Shown here piece by piece: positions 52,564-64,000 of a stretch of 64,000 bases of DNA. Each line of letters opens with the position of its first letter. Positions within the stretch are counted from its first letter, which is position 1. The DNA is from Octopus sinensis (taxonomy: Eukaryota), in NCBI RefSeq assembly GCF_006345805.1, contig NC_043001.1:33852001-33916000 (forward strand), given 5' to 3'. The notes beneath the pieces were generated by a model. The model had not been told where the DNA came from. It did no database searches and saw only the letters and a program-made list of their open reading frames with translations. A program made the position numbers and the translations under genes.

Positions 52564-53363
52564 TATAACTAAATAACTTATGAACTGATTTTTTTGTTTT
52601 GTATATGCATTTGTGTGTTGTGGTTACACCTATAATCTCTTGTCCAAAAGTGTAGTGGGCAGCGTGGCCAGTTTCGCTAGTTAGGAAATTGTCAGGGTAC
52701 TTCCGGTTTTCAAAGCTGTGTTGAATAAGTGACCCCTACATGAAAAACAAGTAAGGATTAGCATCAGAAAAGGTATCTGGCTGTACAACAATGCCTCAAA
52801 TAACATATCAATCAAACCCAATTGAGCATGGAAAAACAGCTGTAATAAAAACAGAACTAATCCTGTTATTTTTCTGCATATGTCAACCAATACTTTTAAT
52901 ACATTCTCAATTAATTTCTTTATATACATCAGTTTCTTAAAGCTCTATCAACAACACTGAAGTTCCATCACTATGCTTGCATTGATTCAAACAGGTAAAT
53001 TTGGTTAGCCCTATTATAATAGCTGTACACTAGTACATTTAATGTGATTAGTATTGAATCAATGTATCAGAGAACAGGCATCATATTTAGTAGGTATATT
53101 TACTGTAGTACCCACTCCTTTCCTGTAAACTAAACAGCCACTTTTCTATTAATCTCATGCTGTGCTTTTTTAATAGGAACTAATTTTAACTTGTTTTTCT
53201 TTTTGTTCAGTAGTTTTTAGTGCAAAGTCATATATAAATATATATATGTGTGTATATGTGTTAATGTATACCTAAATATAAATGAATCAAGTACAAAGAG
53301 ACTTCATATTTCTATCTGTGTGAAATGTATGGGAGACAAGGAAAGTGCAAGACAGAAAAGAAG

Positions 53364-53406
<43 letters not shown>

Positions 53407-56400
53407 ACACGCGTGTGCATGTCTCTGTGTGTGTGTACATGCATGCATGCACACACAAACCTCTTCAAAGGTGATATCTTAAATAGCTTGGAAGTAGCTT
53501 CATACATAATAAACAAGCTACAATTCTACGATTCTGTAATATGCAGTTTGCATGATACAAGCTAAGGATGGTTAGAGAAATATCCTGGGTGCTGTATACA
53601 CATTTTATAATTTTAACAACACAGTACTAGCATGGAAACAACACTGGCATAAAGTTTAGAGGGGAATGTAATTTGCTGATATTTTTAAAAATGGGTTGTG
53701 ATTTTATTTGAAAGATTTTGAGATGTTGCCCATTAAGGTCTCAACGGTGTTTTCGTGAAAGAGGAATAAAATGAAAATGTGAATGAGACATGGGCGATTG
53801 GATAAGGTTGATGAAGATATGACTAATAGGATGAATGGAAGTGGAATAAGAAAGTGATTATGTTGTAGTCATTTGATCGATTCATCCACAAGAGATAACA
53901 GTAATGGTTTACACAGATGAGAAAAAGTACACTAAGCATATACAAGGAAAAGGTAGCCAAGGCAGCAAGTAGTTCAAAGGAGTCATTGGATCAAATTATC
54001 AGATTACATAGAAATTTAGAACTTATAGTTGATATGACAAAAGAGAGTAATGCATTTCTAACATATAAAAGATAGAAGAAAGAGAATTTAACTGGTGATA
54101 CTAATAACAATACAGGAGGCAGTAGTAAAACAGAAACAGCTTTAAGTGTTTTAATACACACATATTCATATTCTCAAATACACATGCATACACATATGTA
54201 CGTGTGGGTGTGAATGTATGTGTGTGTGTGCATGCGTATGTAAACAGGGTGATTTGATGCTTTCTGTGCAATAGGTCTACAACTGTTTTACTTACAGCTC
54301 ACAGCTTCAGGGTTAGCTTAAGTGGTGAACCAGGAAGCAGCCAAGTATGAGAGTCTTCACTACCAACATACAGCTCTCTTTTACAAAACTCCTACCATGC
54401 TTCTCTGCAGCTGTGTGGTAACTAAGTGCTTTGCAGTACCATGTTAAATTGACAAGGATTTCAGAGCAACAGTGAGCCCCAGAAATACACAGTACAGGCC
54501 CACCTTGGTGGATGTGCTCTATTACTTATCAAACACTGGCTTGCTGCCTTGAGTGAAGCCATGAAGTGCAGGAAGATACCATAGTCTAAGAGAATCACAA
54601 GATATGGTTGTCAGTTTTTCTGACAGAGTAGATTCCAGGCAACCTCCTGCAACTGGTAAGAAGTCTTAAATCTACCCTTGCCACAGCAATCTCTTTTTTT
54701 TTGCAGTGAAGAAAGCTACACAAGGAAATATACAACCCCCTATACCAGGTGTCTTACACAGGTGTTTTGTCTTCTGCAATGTAGATACAGAATCATGGAT
54801 CTTTAAACAGTCTGACAGTGATGGAAATCACTGTCAGACTGATCACAATAACAGAAGCAAGCCTGAATGTGTAGGGTGCTTCTAGTTAGAACTTAACATA
54901 TAAACAACATAATGACAGCTTCCCCCAGTATCTCCCTTAAAATGTGACAGCATTCCTATTTAGGGACTTTATTACTCACCCTAGCCAAGGAAGGGCCAAG
55001 AAAGGGTGGCCTAAAAATTGTTCATTCAACTCTGTTGCTGGACATGAAGGAAACAGTGCATCTCAGTACATTCCACATAGTAGTAAAAAAAAAAAGACTA
55101 CACAAAAGAATACCATTCTGAGATGGCATAGACCATGTAGTGCATATTTTTAACTTGTGTCCTCTTTGTAGGAGCCTTTATGATCAGTTACTCCATGGTC
55201 AATGCCTCATTTAAGGATCAAAGAAGCAATTCAAAAACCCAGTTGATGACCATTCTGGAAAAGAGCAACATGGCACTACAAATGAACAAATAACTTGCCA
55301 ATTCCATAGTATTGTCTCTGCATACAGCATGAATTAAATCATAAACTATCAAAACCAATAATGAAGCCTGTGCATGGCTGCTAAACTGCAAGAAATACTG
55401 GTCAAATCTTCCTCAAATCCCACTTCACAGTTTAAAAAAAACAAAGAAGCACATTGGTAATGTAGTTCCAGGCAGGACAGTCACAAAAATATTACTTAAA
55501 ATCATAGTGACCTGGTTTGAAGAACAATCCTATAATTATATACTTAGAGCTAGGTGAACTCAGACATTAAGAGTTAAGTGTCTTGGCTACAGATATAACA
55601 CAATGCCACTTAAAAGTGTAAACTGTCAACCAAGGCTGGTTGTCTACTACTCAAATTTGCCACCTGTTTCCATTTAGTCTTTCAAGACAAGAATCCAATG
55701 TCAAGGTTAAAAATGTATTTTATTACATTTCAGGTTAAAAATGTAATAATCACGATTATACATTTTTTTTCTAAATTCAACACTTCTGTATGAATTACCA
55801 TCAATATAAAAGCAAACATTGTAACAATGCAAGTCATCTATATACATCTATATTTATCTGGTTAAATAAAAAATATTTAAAATTTGGAAGGTCATATGGA
55901 AATAGTTTTTTTTGCAGCTGAGAGAGTGCATTAGTTACTCTAAAAATAGACCCAGGAGTGATCAATAATGGAAATGGCCATATGCAAAATATAATGGATA
56001 AAATAGCATTACAATTGTGAGTGTATTCTGCTATACACATTATAAAGATATGCACGTTACAATATTAGCTTAAAATAGAAAAAAGACCAAATAGAAAAAT
56101 CTAACGCTAGAGAGTTAAAGATGGAAAAAAAGAGCTGTTCTGAATAGCTGACAACCGACATTAGTATGAAAAATAAATTCAAAACCTGCAAAACTGCTGT
56201 TAACTACCTGAAGACAGCTAAGCCCATCAAGATATGACCTAAGCACTAATACCACAATATCCGGAACAACCACACTTTAGAATCATATAACAAAATGCAA
56301 AATGTACAGTATAATGATAATTTGTTTGCTAGATCTATAGCTTCCTTCTAAACATATTAGAATTATTTCTACTTAAACAGAGCTGACTGGAGATACTAAG

Positions 56401-56738
56401 CAACAACTGTCACTATCATATGTTTGATAATATGATGATAATGACAGTTAAGTGTACAAGTATTTTATAATACACTTTGATTAGATGTGTCAACGTTTTC
56501 ATTAAAAGAAAAATGAAAAACAGGTTACTTTTGATATATTCAACTGAGTATTTTTCTGAAATAGTGATCTACAAAAATATGGTAAAAGTACTTTCTGCAT
56601 TTATTTTTAAAAACACTGAATTTTTTGCATGGTTAACTCAGCAAATATAATGATAGGTGTCCCACAATGTTAAAATATTAAATAGTTCAGTACATTAAAA
56701 ATTAAATTTCACATCAGCAATTTTGTGTAAGTATGCAC

Positions 56739-56743
<5 letters not shown>

Positions 56744-56807
<64 letters not shown>

Positions 56808-56830
56808 TACAGACACACACATACATATAC
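56744..56830. repeat. (TA)n-(CA)n microsatellite
   Basis: Seen directly. Confidence 0.95.
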
Positions 56831-57899
56831 AAAAATTGTGTGGATGCATATAAACTCTGATATGTATATATATATATGTCTAAAAGTTTACATATGTACA
56901 TAAAATATTTCATAAGATTTTATACACACACAGAGTTTATATGGATGTATGTAGGTGAAAGCAATGGCTTGCAGTAATGGATTCAAGTTGCATTCTGTAG
57001 CATCTACTTCTTCAGACAGATCAGAAGTAACTTTACATTATAAGAACATGCTCATGCCTGAAGATGTTTTATTGTTAATTGTTTGGAGAGGTATTTTGAA
57101 TACAATATATTTTCAAAGAAACCTTTACAAATCAATTTGTTCTCAATGAATATATTTCTAAGTACCATTCAAGAACAAATCACTTCTTTGATCACACTGC
57201 TAGAGCTAAATTTATGCTTTATACATCAGCAAAAGAAACCAACTTGAGTTTGTTTTTTTTTTCTTTTTTAATTTATATTCAGGAATTTTATTTCTTCAGT
57301 ATAAGTAATATATAGCTAAAAATATGCTAATAAAGTAGTAGAAATGATTGAGCACTCAACAAAATGTCTTGGAGTATTTAGGTGTATGTCTTTATATTCT
57401 GACTTCAATTTTCAATAGAGTTACTCAGCTTTACCTCTTTCTCTCTATGATCAATGACAGGCATATATGAAAGGATTCAATTGACAGTATCCATTTTTTG
57501 CACGTTTGCAGCCTTGTTCAAATACATGAAATCAATATTACAGAGAGTATTAAACTAATACCAAATCCTTTAAATAAATAAAATAGCTTTGCACAGTAAA
57601 ACAAATGACAGATGAAGTTTAGCAATATAACATATGAATATAAACTTTCAGTTTCTTAACTGTGTAAGATATAGAGAGAGGCCCACATCAATCAACAGAA
57701 TACCTGCATGACATTTGGGTTACTGTTCAAAAAGAGAAATGTAATTTATGGATGGTAACAACAAAAATGAACTAGAACTGATGTTAACAACTGAAAGTAA
57801 CAACAAAAATGAAACCATGTTCACTTTTTTGAACCCCAGAAAATATTTCATTTGAGATAAAAGTTCTAGATAAAATTTTGAATCAAGATATGCATATAC

Positions 57900-58082
57900 A
57901 TGCTTCATAACCACATGGTTCTGGGTTCAGTACCACTGCGTGGCACCTTGAGCAAGTGTCTTCCTCTATAGCCTCAGGCCAACCAAAGCCTTATGAGTGG
58001 ATTTGGTAGACAGAAATTGAAAGAAGCCTTGTCGTATGTATGCATGTATGTGTTTTTCCCCCCCATCACCACTTGACAAACA
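57900..58082 (+). mobile_element. Partial SINE-A
   Basis: aaccacatggttctgggttcagtaccactgcgtggcaccttgagcaagtg...ccacttgacaaac. Confidence 0.85.
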
Positions 58083-58168
58083 TAAATATATATATATATG
58101 CATGCATAGATACACACAAATAAATACATACATATATATATATACATACATACACACACATATACACA

Positions 58169-58375
58169 CTTTATTATCAAAGCTGCAAAAACATCATAAA
58201 AAATCACAAAAAACTGCTACTCAGAGTTTCATGCTCCCCTGATGAACGGGAACATGAAACTCTGAGCAGCAGTTTTTGTGATGGTTTTGCAGCTTTAAAA
58301 ATAAAGCATATTACTCTACCTCCGGTATTTGAGTACTATTTTTTCCCACCTTGTTTCACAGTTATGTGCTTACTT
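58169..58375 (+). mobile_element. Penelope-type terminus with partial inverted duplication and a hammerhead-like core at 58239-58272
   Basis: Fold-back 58169-58238 / 58248-58306 with loop ctgatgaac; core CUGAUGA-ACG(GGAA)CAU-GAAA-CUC(U)GAG-CA. Confidence 0.55.
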
Positions 58376-58380
58376 GGGTA

Positions 58381-59290
58381 TCATGACCATCATCGTCTAA
58401 CGTCCATTTTCCATGCTGGCATTGGTTGGATGGTTTGACTGGAGAGTGGCAAGCCAGGAGACCACGCCAGGTTCCTGTCCGATTTGGCAATGTTTCTACA
58501 GCTGGATCAACCACATTTGGATGGTGCTTTTTACATGGCACCAGCACAGGGAGCCAGTTAGGCAGCTCTGGCAGCAACCCACACATGAATGGTACCTACT
58601 GCATGTCACCAGCACTGGTAATGGCCACAACTACAATTTCCATTTTAATTGTGATTTGATTTGATTTTGATTTACTTGACTCAATAGGTCTCCTCAAGTA
58701 TAGAATGTCACCTGAAGATTCAAAGGTACTTTTTAAACGGGCTGGTTATGTGACATTGGTGTAGGCTATAGCTGTGATCTCACTTTCCTTGTCGGGTCTT
58801 CTGAGTCACAGTATATCTCCAGAGGTCTCAGTCTTTCGTCATTGCCTCTGTGAGGCCCAACGTTCGAAGGTCATGCTTCACTACCTCATCCCATGTCTTC
58901 CTGGGTCTCCCTCTTCCACGGGTTCCTTCCACTGTTAGGGAGTGATACTTCTTCACACAGTTCATCTCATCCACATAACCAAACCAGCACAGTTGTCTCT
59001 CTTGCACACCACATCTGATGCTTCTTATGTCCAACATTTCTCTCAGGGTGCTTACACTCTGTTGTGTGTGCACACTGACATGACACATCCAGTGGATCAT
59101 ACTAGCTTCATTTCTTTTGAGCCTATGCATGTCTTCAGCAGTCATGGCCTATGTTTCACTGCTGTGAAGCATGGCAGTTCGCACACATGCATCATACAAT
59201 CTACCTTTAACTCTGAGTGAGAGGCCCTTTGTCACCAGTAGAGGTAGGAGATTTCTGAACTTTGCCCAGGCTATTCTTATTCTAGTGGCA
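58381..59290 (-). mobile_element. RTE-clade LINE 3' end: ORF2 C-terminus plus 3'UTR and tail
   Basis: Track ORF 58828..59145 (EASMIHWMCHVS...QERQLCWFG...GRGRPRKTWDEVVKHDL) is contiguous with a UTR ending ggacgttagacgatgatg. Confidence 0.9.
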
Positions 59291-59313
59291 ACACTCTCTG
59301 AGCATCCACACCC

Positions 59314-59352
<39 letters not shown>

Positions 59353-59394
59353 ATATATAGCATCATCATTTACATCCATTTTCCATGCTGGCAG

Positions 59395-59640
59395 GTATGT
59401 GTGTGTTATTGTCTCCTTGCCTTGAGATCACATGATAGTAGTAAACAGATGTTGCCAACATGCAAATGAAGACCTTCATTTCAATTCTTCTGTGAAAACT
59501 TATTTGATCAAGAGGAACATTAACTTACTAGGAAACAGGTGAGGGTTGGTAAAGGAAGGGCATTGAGCTGTAGAAAATCTACCATGACAAATTCTGTTTG
59601 ACCCATGCAAGCAAAGCATTAAAAATAATAGTGATGATGA
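59395..59640 (+). mobile_element. RTE-tail SINE 3' half
   Basis: ggaaacaggtgagggttgg...gacccatgcaagc; same family as 4095-4315. Confidence 0.7.
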
Positions 59641-59939
59641 TATATACTGCTCTAAGCTCCATTATGAAAAGGATTCATTTCACAAGGTGTTACATTTGAC
59701 CTGTTAACACAGTAATTATATCCTGGTGTGCAAAGAGCTGTTTCTATTTGTCAACTCTTGAACAAAGATATTTTTTGTAATTCCTTTGTTTTCAATATTT
59801 TCATCAGAAACTGACAAGGAACTTCCTCTAAAAGATTTTAATGATATAAATCTTAGTATAGATTAATCTACTAAATCCTAGTATTGCAGCTACTTACTGA
59901 CTCCCAAAATCTAAAAACTTAAAAACCACCACAACTCAA

Positions 59940-59987
<48 letters not shown>

Positions 59988-60000
59988 TCATCATCATCAA
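59940..60000. repeat. (TA)n-(CAT)n microsatellite
   Basis: Seen directly. Confidence 0.95.
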
Positions 60001-61539
60001 TTTTGTTGTATGAACAGTATTGAGTTTAATAAGTGTAAAAGTAATAAATATAAAATAAAACCACATCTTGGTACAGAATCCTGCAGTAGGAGATGAAACA
60101 TTATCATAAAGAAATGCTATAAATCATAGTTTTTGGTGTTGTTCATGATGTTTCTAGGTGTTCAAGTATATCTCATGTTTTTGACAAATTTGATTTAACT
60201 CCATGCTGACAAAAGATCAATATGGTAATTTCTTTTTTCACTTGATAAGGAGAAGGCATTCTTTGATACATGTTATCTACCATCTGTCACCTGGAATACT
60301 AAATATCTAAATGTATTCAGAGTAATAAAATTTTGTTCGCCTGCCAAACTTGGTGCATTCATTGGTAGTAAATCCTGATATTGATATATACTAAAAGTAC
60401 CCAATCGACAACTTCTTTTTCTTCTATTTTTTTTTTTTTATCATTGAAAATGATCTACAGATAATGCTCTAAAAGTGCTCAGCTCAACATTTCAGAATGT
60501 AGTGTCAGCATTTAATAATCGTGATGATCTCAAAAGCTGATCATCATACAGTTACTTCAAAACATAAAAATGTTTGTACTATTAGATACATATTCTTGAG
60601 CTTTTTGTTAAACCACTCATCCCACATTTTCCATAGTTTTGTAGGATGTTAAGTAATGGATTCTTGAATAGATAATCTGTTTTGTTGTTAAGTTACTCGT
60701 GTTTGTTGACTTATTTTCATGAATGTTTACAAATTCAGGTATTTAGCAAATCTGAAAGTGTTTTAGAGTTAGACTGTCTTTCTAATCATAGACAGTTTCT
60801 GATAAACAAAGAAAAGCTATCTGAATATTTCAACAGAATAGAATGAAGCAATTACATACATGTGCTCTTATAACATAGCCATACCACAAACAAAAAATCA
60901 TGAGTATTTGACCATATATCGAAAACTTTATATATCTAGTTACTACATTTTGCCTTTCTTGCTCAGATGTACACCAAAAACATTTTCAATTTTGAAGTGA
61001 TATGAGATCCATTAAATTTCTTAAATGAATATAGATAATAGTAATAATAATGATTTCTAACTTTATCACAACCAAAAATTGGTAAGGTAAATCAGTTAAA
61101 ACTTCAATGTATTACAAGCAATTATCTTATTGATTCCAAAGTGAATGAAGCAAAGTTGATAACTTTATGATTTGAATTTTGAGAGGCAAAAACTAATCAT
61201 TGAAAGGTAATTTAACCCAAACTATTTCTGCCATTTAAACACTATCCTATACGGATAAAAATAGTGATAATCAGTTTCTATATAGGCATAAATCTACAGA
61301 TTTTGGAAGAGAGTAAAATCGAAACCATTGCCTCCAGTACTTGACTGGATATATATTATAATCCATATACAAAGGAACAAAAGCAAGGTTTACTACAGCA
61401 GAATCTGAACTCAAAACATAAAGGGATACTGACAAATAGTGCAACGCATACAATTCAATGCTCTACCAATTTTAACATGCTTCTGCCCTTTTATAATAAT
61501 AATATTATTATCGTAGTTGTTGTTGTTATTAAGGAAGTA

Positions 61540-61960
61540 ACCTGGAAGAATAGTTAGCACACTGGACAACATGCTTAACAGCATTCTAAGTTCCAGTTAT
61601 GCCAAGGCTGACTCTATCATTCATCCTTTCAGGGATTGATAATATAAAGTGCCTATAAAGTGCTAGAGTTGATGTCCCTGACTAGCCCATTCCCACAAAT
61701 TTTCAGGCCTTGTGCCTATAGCAGAAATAATTATAATTGTTATTATTTTTATCATTATTAAGGTGGTGCTCATGCAGAATCATTAGCACACCAGACAAAA
61801 ATGCTTAGCGGCATTTCTTCCAGCTCATTAGATTTTGGGTTCAAATTCCACTAAGGTCAACTTTGCCTTTCATCCTTTTAGGGTTGATGAAATAAGTACC
61901 AATTGAACACTGGGGTCAACATATTTGACTAGTCCCTTCCACCAAAATTTTATGCCTTGA
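61540..61960 (+). mobile_element. Two tandem SINE-D copies
   Basis: gttagcacactggac...ttcatcctttcaggg...ggccttgtgcctatag, and ttagcacaccagac...ccttgagcctata. Confidence 0.75.
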
Positions 61961-62266
61961 GCCTATAAAAAAAAAAAGTAAAAAGGATTATTACTATTGT
62001 TGCTCTTTTTAATATTCTTCCCCTTCCTAACTCCTCTGCCTCCATTACTCCCATCCCAATACTGTTTTTTCCTCTTTTACCATACTCTTACTATCAGTTT
62101 CATCTATCATGAAGCTTTCTTTCATTTTGCAAGCTGCAAGGCAATCCCAATAGTGCAGATACCACAAAAACTCTGCAGGTCATTAATACAACTGTGTAAC
62201 AAAACCTCTTTTGTTTTCTTTTCTTTTTTGTCATTGGTCAATAAGTGTTATTTCCTATTTGCTACT

Positions 62267-62672
62267 ATAGGTGCAGGAGTGGCTGTGTGGTAAGAAGCTT
62301 GCTTCCCAACCACATGGTTCCAGGTTTAGTCCCACTATGTGGCACCTTGGGCAAGTGTTTTCTATTTTAGCCTCAGGTTGACCAAAGCCTACTGAGTGAA
62401 TTTGGAAGACAGAAACTGAAAGAAGCCCATCATATATATATATATATATTTGTGTGTGTGAGTCTGTTTTTGTCCCCCCACCCCACCATCGCTTGACAAC
62501 GGATGTTGGTGTGTTTATGTCCCCATAACTTAGCAGTTCAGCAAATGAGACTGATAGGATAAGTACTAGGCTTACAAAGAAAAGTCCTGGAGTCGATTTG
62601 TTCGACTAAAGGCGGTGCTCTAGCATGGCCTAAATCAAATGACTGAAACAAGTAAGAGAATAAAAAAGAATA
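62267..62672 (+). mobile_element. Full-length SINE-A
   Basis: taggtgcaggagtggctgtgtggtaag...gactgaaacaagtaagag. Confidence 0.92.
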
Positions 62673-62743
62673 TATATATATATATATATTCTTTTAAGTT
62701 TTTTTTATTTTTAATTATCTAGTAATCGAAGGAAATAACTACT

Positions 62744-63055
62744 ATTCCCTTCAAACTTTGCTCTTGTGACTTGGACATCAATGTTTTGAAACTGACCTAT
62801 TTTCCATTACATTTCAAACAGATTCAGTGCTGAATTGCTGAAGCAGAAATATCATTATAGAAGATATTCTGGTCAATACCACAGATTTGTTTGTCAGTTG
62901 CTTGACCTTAACCACTTGGGACATGTCCCGTAGTGGCTGACAATATGTGCATCACTGATCATGAGCAGGAGTAGCGAGGGAGTATCATACCAATGTGTTG
63001 AGAGGGATTCTTTGGGATTTGAATAAATGTAACAAAAGCAAAGTTTGAAGGAAAT
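62744..63055. mobile_element. Probable MITE
   Basis: attcccttcaaactttgc vs gcaaagtttgaaggaaat, 17/18 inverted match extending to about 27 bp. Confidence 0.55.
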
Positions 63056-63189
63056 ATCAGCCATTTTTCATACTTTCTAAGGGTGAGCAAGTAGGAAATA
63101 ACAGTTGCTACCAAGGACAAAAATTGTGTGACACAGTGTAATTGATTCATACAGTGATATTGCTGGGGTTGAGAGGGTTCTTTAGTCTT

Positions 63190-63610
63190 GCTGATAGCAA
63201 GGCAACTATGATAATGCCGGGGTGATGATAAAAATGTATCTGGTACACTCAGTAAAGAGATTAATGTTAGGAAGGGTACCAGCCATAAACAGTATGTCAT
63301 GAAAGAAACAGTCAAATAAAACATGGTCTTTGAACTCATTGAATCCTGTCAAACCATCCTATTTACCCCAACATGGAAAACAGATGTAAAATGATGTGAT
63401 GATTTTAATTTAGGCAGAAAACCAGCAATTGTGAGGGGAAGTAGTTAGTCAATACCATTCACCCAGTATTAGACTGGTACTTTATTTTATCGACCTTAAA
63501 AAGATGAAAGGCAAATTTGACCATAACAAGATTTGAACCCGCAATGCAAAGAGCTGGGATAAATATTACAACGTATTTTTTTTTTACCAATGCTCACATA
63601 ATTCTCTCAG
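63190..63610. mobile_element. RTE-tail fragment (+, 63190-63400) followed by SINE-D (-, 63410-63610)
   Basis: gttaggaagggtaccagcc...catggaaaacagatgtaaaatgatg; actggtacttattttatcgacc...gaaaggcaaa. Confidence 0.65.
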
Positions 63611-63724
63611 GCAAGAATGGAAAATGAATGTTAAAGGATGATGATGGTGATGATGTGCTGGCACTGGAGTCAATCTAATCAACAAATGCCCTCCCCTCAA
63701 TATTGCTTTCCTTATATTTGAACA

Positions 63725-63732
63725 AGAAACCA

Positions 63733-63770
<38 letters not shown>

Positions 63771-63923
63771 TTAACATCTTATAAATATTTCATATCTTCA
63801 GCAGATGAAGTTCCTTAACATAATGTCATGGCAATGCTGTGAAACTTTAACCTATATGTAAATGGTAAACCAGAATGTGGAAAGCACAGAGAATTTTGCT
63901 TTCATTAAACACAATAATAATAA

Positions 63924-63963
<40 letters not shown>

Positions 63964-63980
63964 TATATATATATATATAT
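63725..63980. repeat. (ATT)n (63725-63770) and (AAT)n-(AT)n (63912-63980) microsatellites
   Basis: Seen directly. Confidence 0.95.
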
Positions 63981-64000
63981 GCAAACTAATTTTATATCTT

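Noticed and set aside
57693-57790. Minus-strand exon-like segment with a strong acceptor
   Set aside because: No open frame to the donor; the tract comes from a local 17-bp direct repeat. A UTR exon cannot be excluded but is unsupported.
60100-61050. Possible Helitron or other ORF relic (PTKLWKMWDEWF)
   Set aside because: A single weak motif; no Rep or helicase motif could be recovered.

Overview
AT-rich eukaryotic DNA, most likely Octopus; the species call is inferred from the SINE, RTE, Penelope and mariner repeat families, not from a search. The window reads as mostly intronic. A few GT-AG-bounded exon candidates on the minus strand suggest one large, unidentified gene: 43952-43996, 31354-31425 (ATG at 31376), 23422-23541, 19428-19491 and 11872-12096, plus weaker ones. 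The rest is retroposons (several tRNA-derived SINE families; RTE, CR1-like and HERO-like LINE relics), DNA-transposon relics (mariner, DD37D/maT, hAT, TA-flanked MITEs, Helentron-type elements), fold-back elements, microsatellites and a near-identical 703-bp tandem duplication. Almost all ORFs in the supplied track are repeat-derived or spurious. No rRNA, genuine tRNA gene or CRISPR array is supported. Three structures stand out. (1) A 442-bp cassette bounded by a target-site duplication (TSD) at 32551-32992, with a Pol III tRNA-like head and two inverted Penelope-type termini, each carrying a minimal hammerhead-ribozyme core. (2) A second hammerhead core in the loop of a fold-back at 58169-58306. 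(3) A mariner-SINE chimera at 29837-30272, inserted at a target site present in three copies. Family names come from recalled motifs and need alignment to confirm; boundaries of old repeats are approximate.
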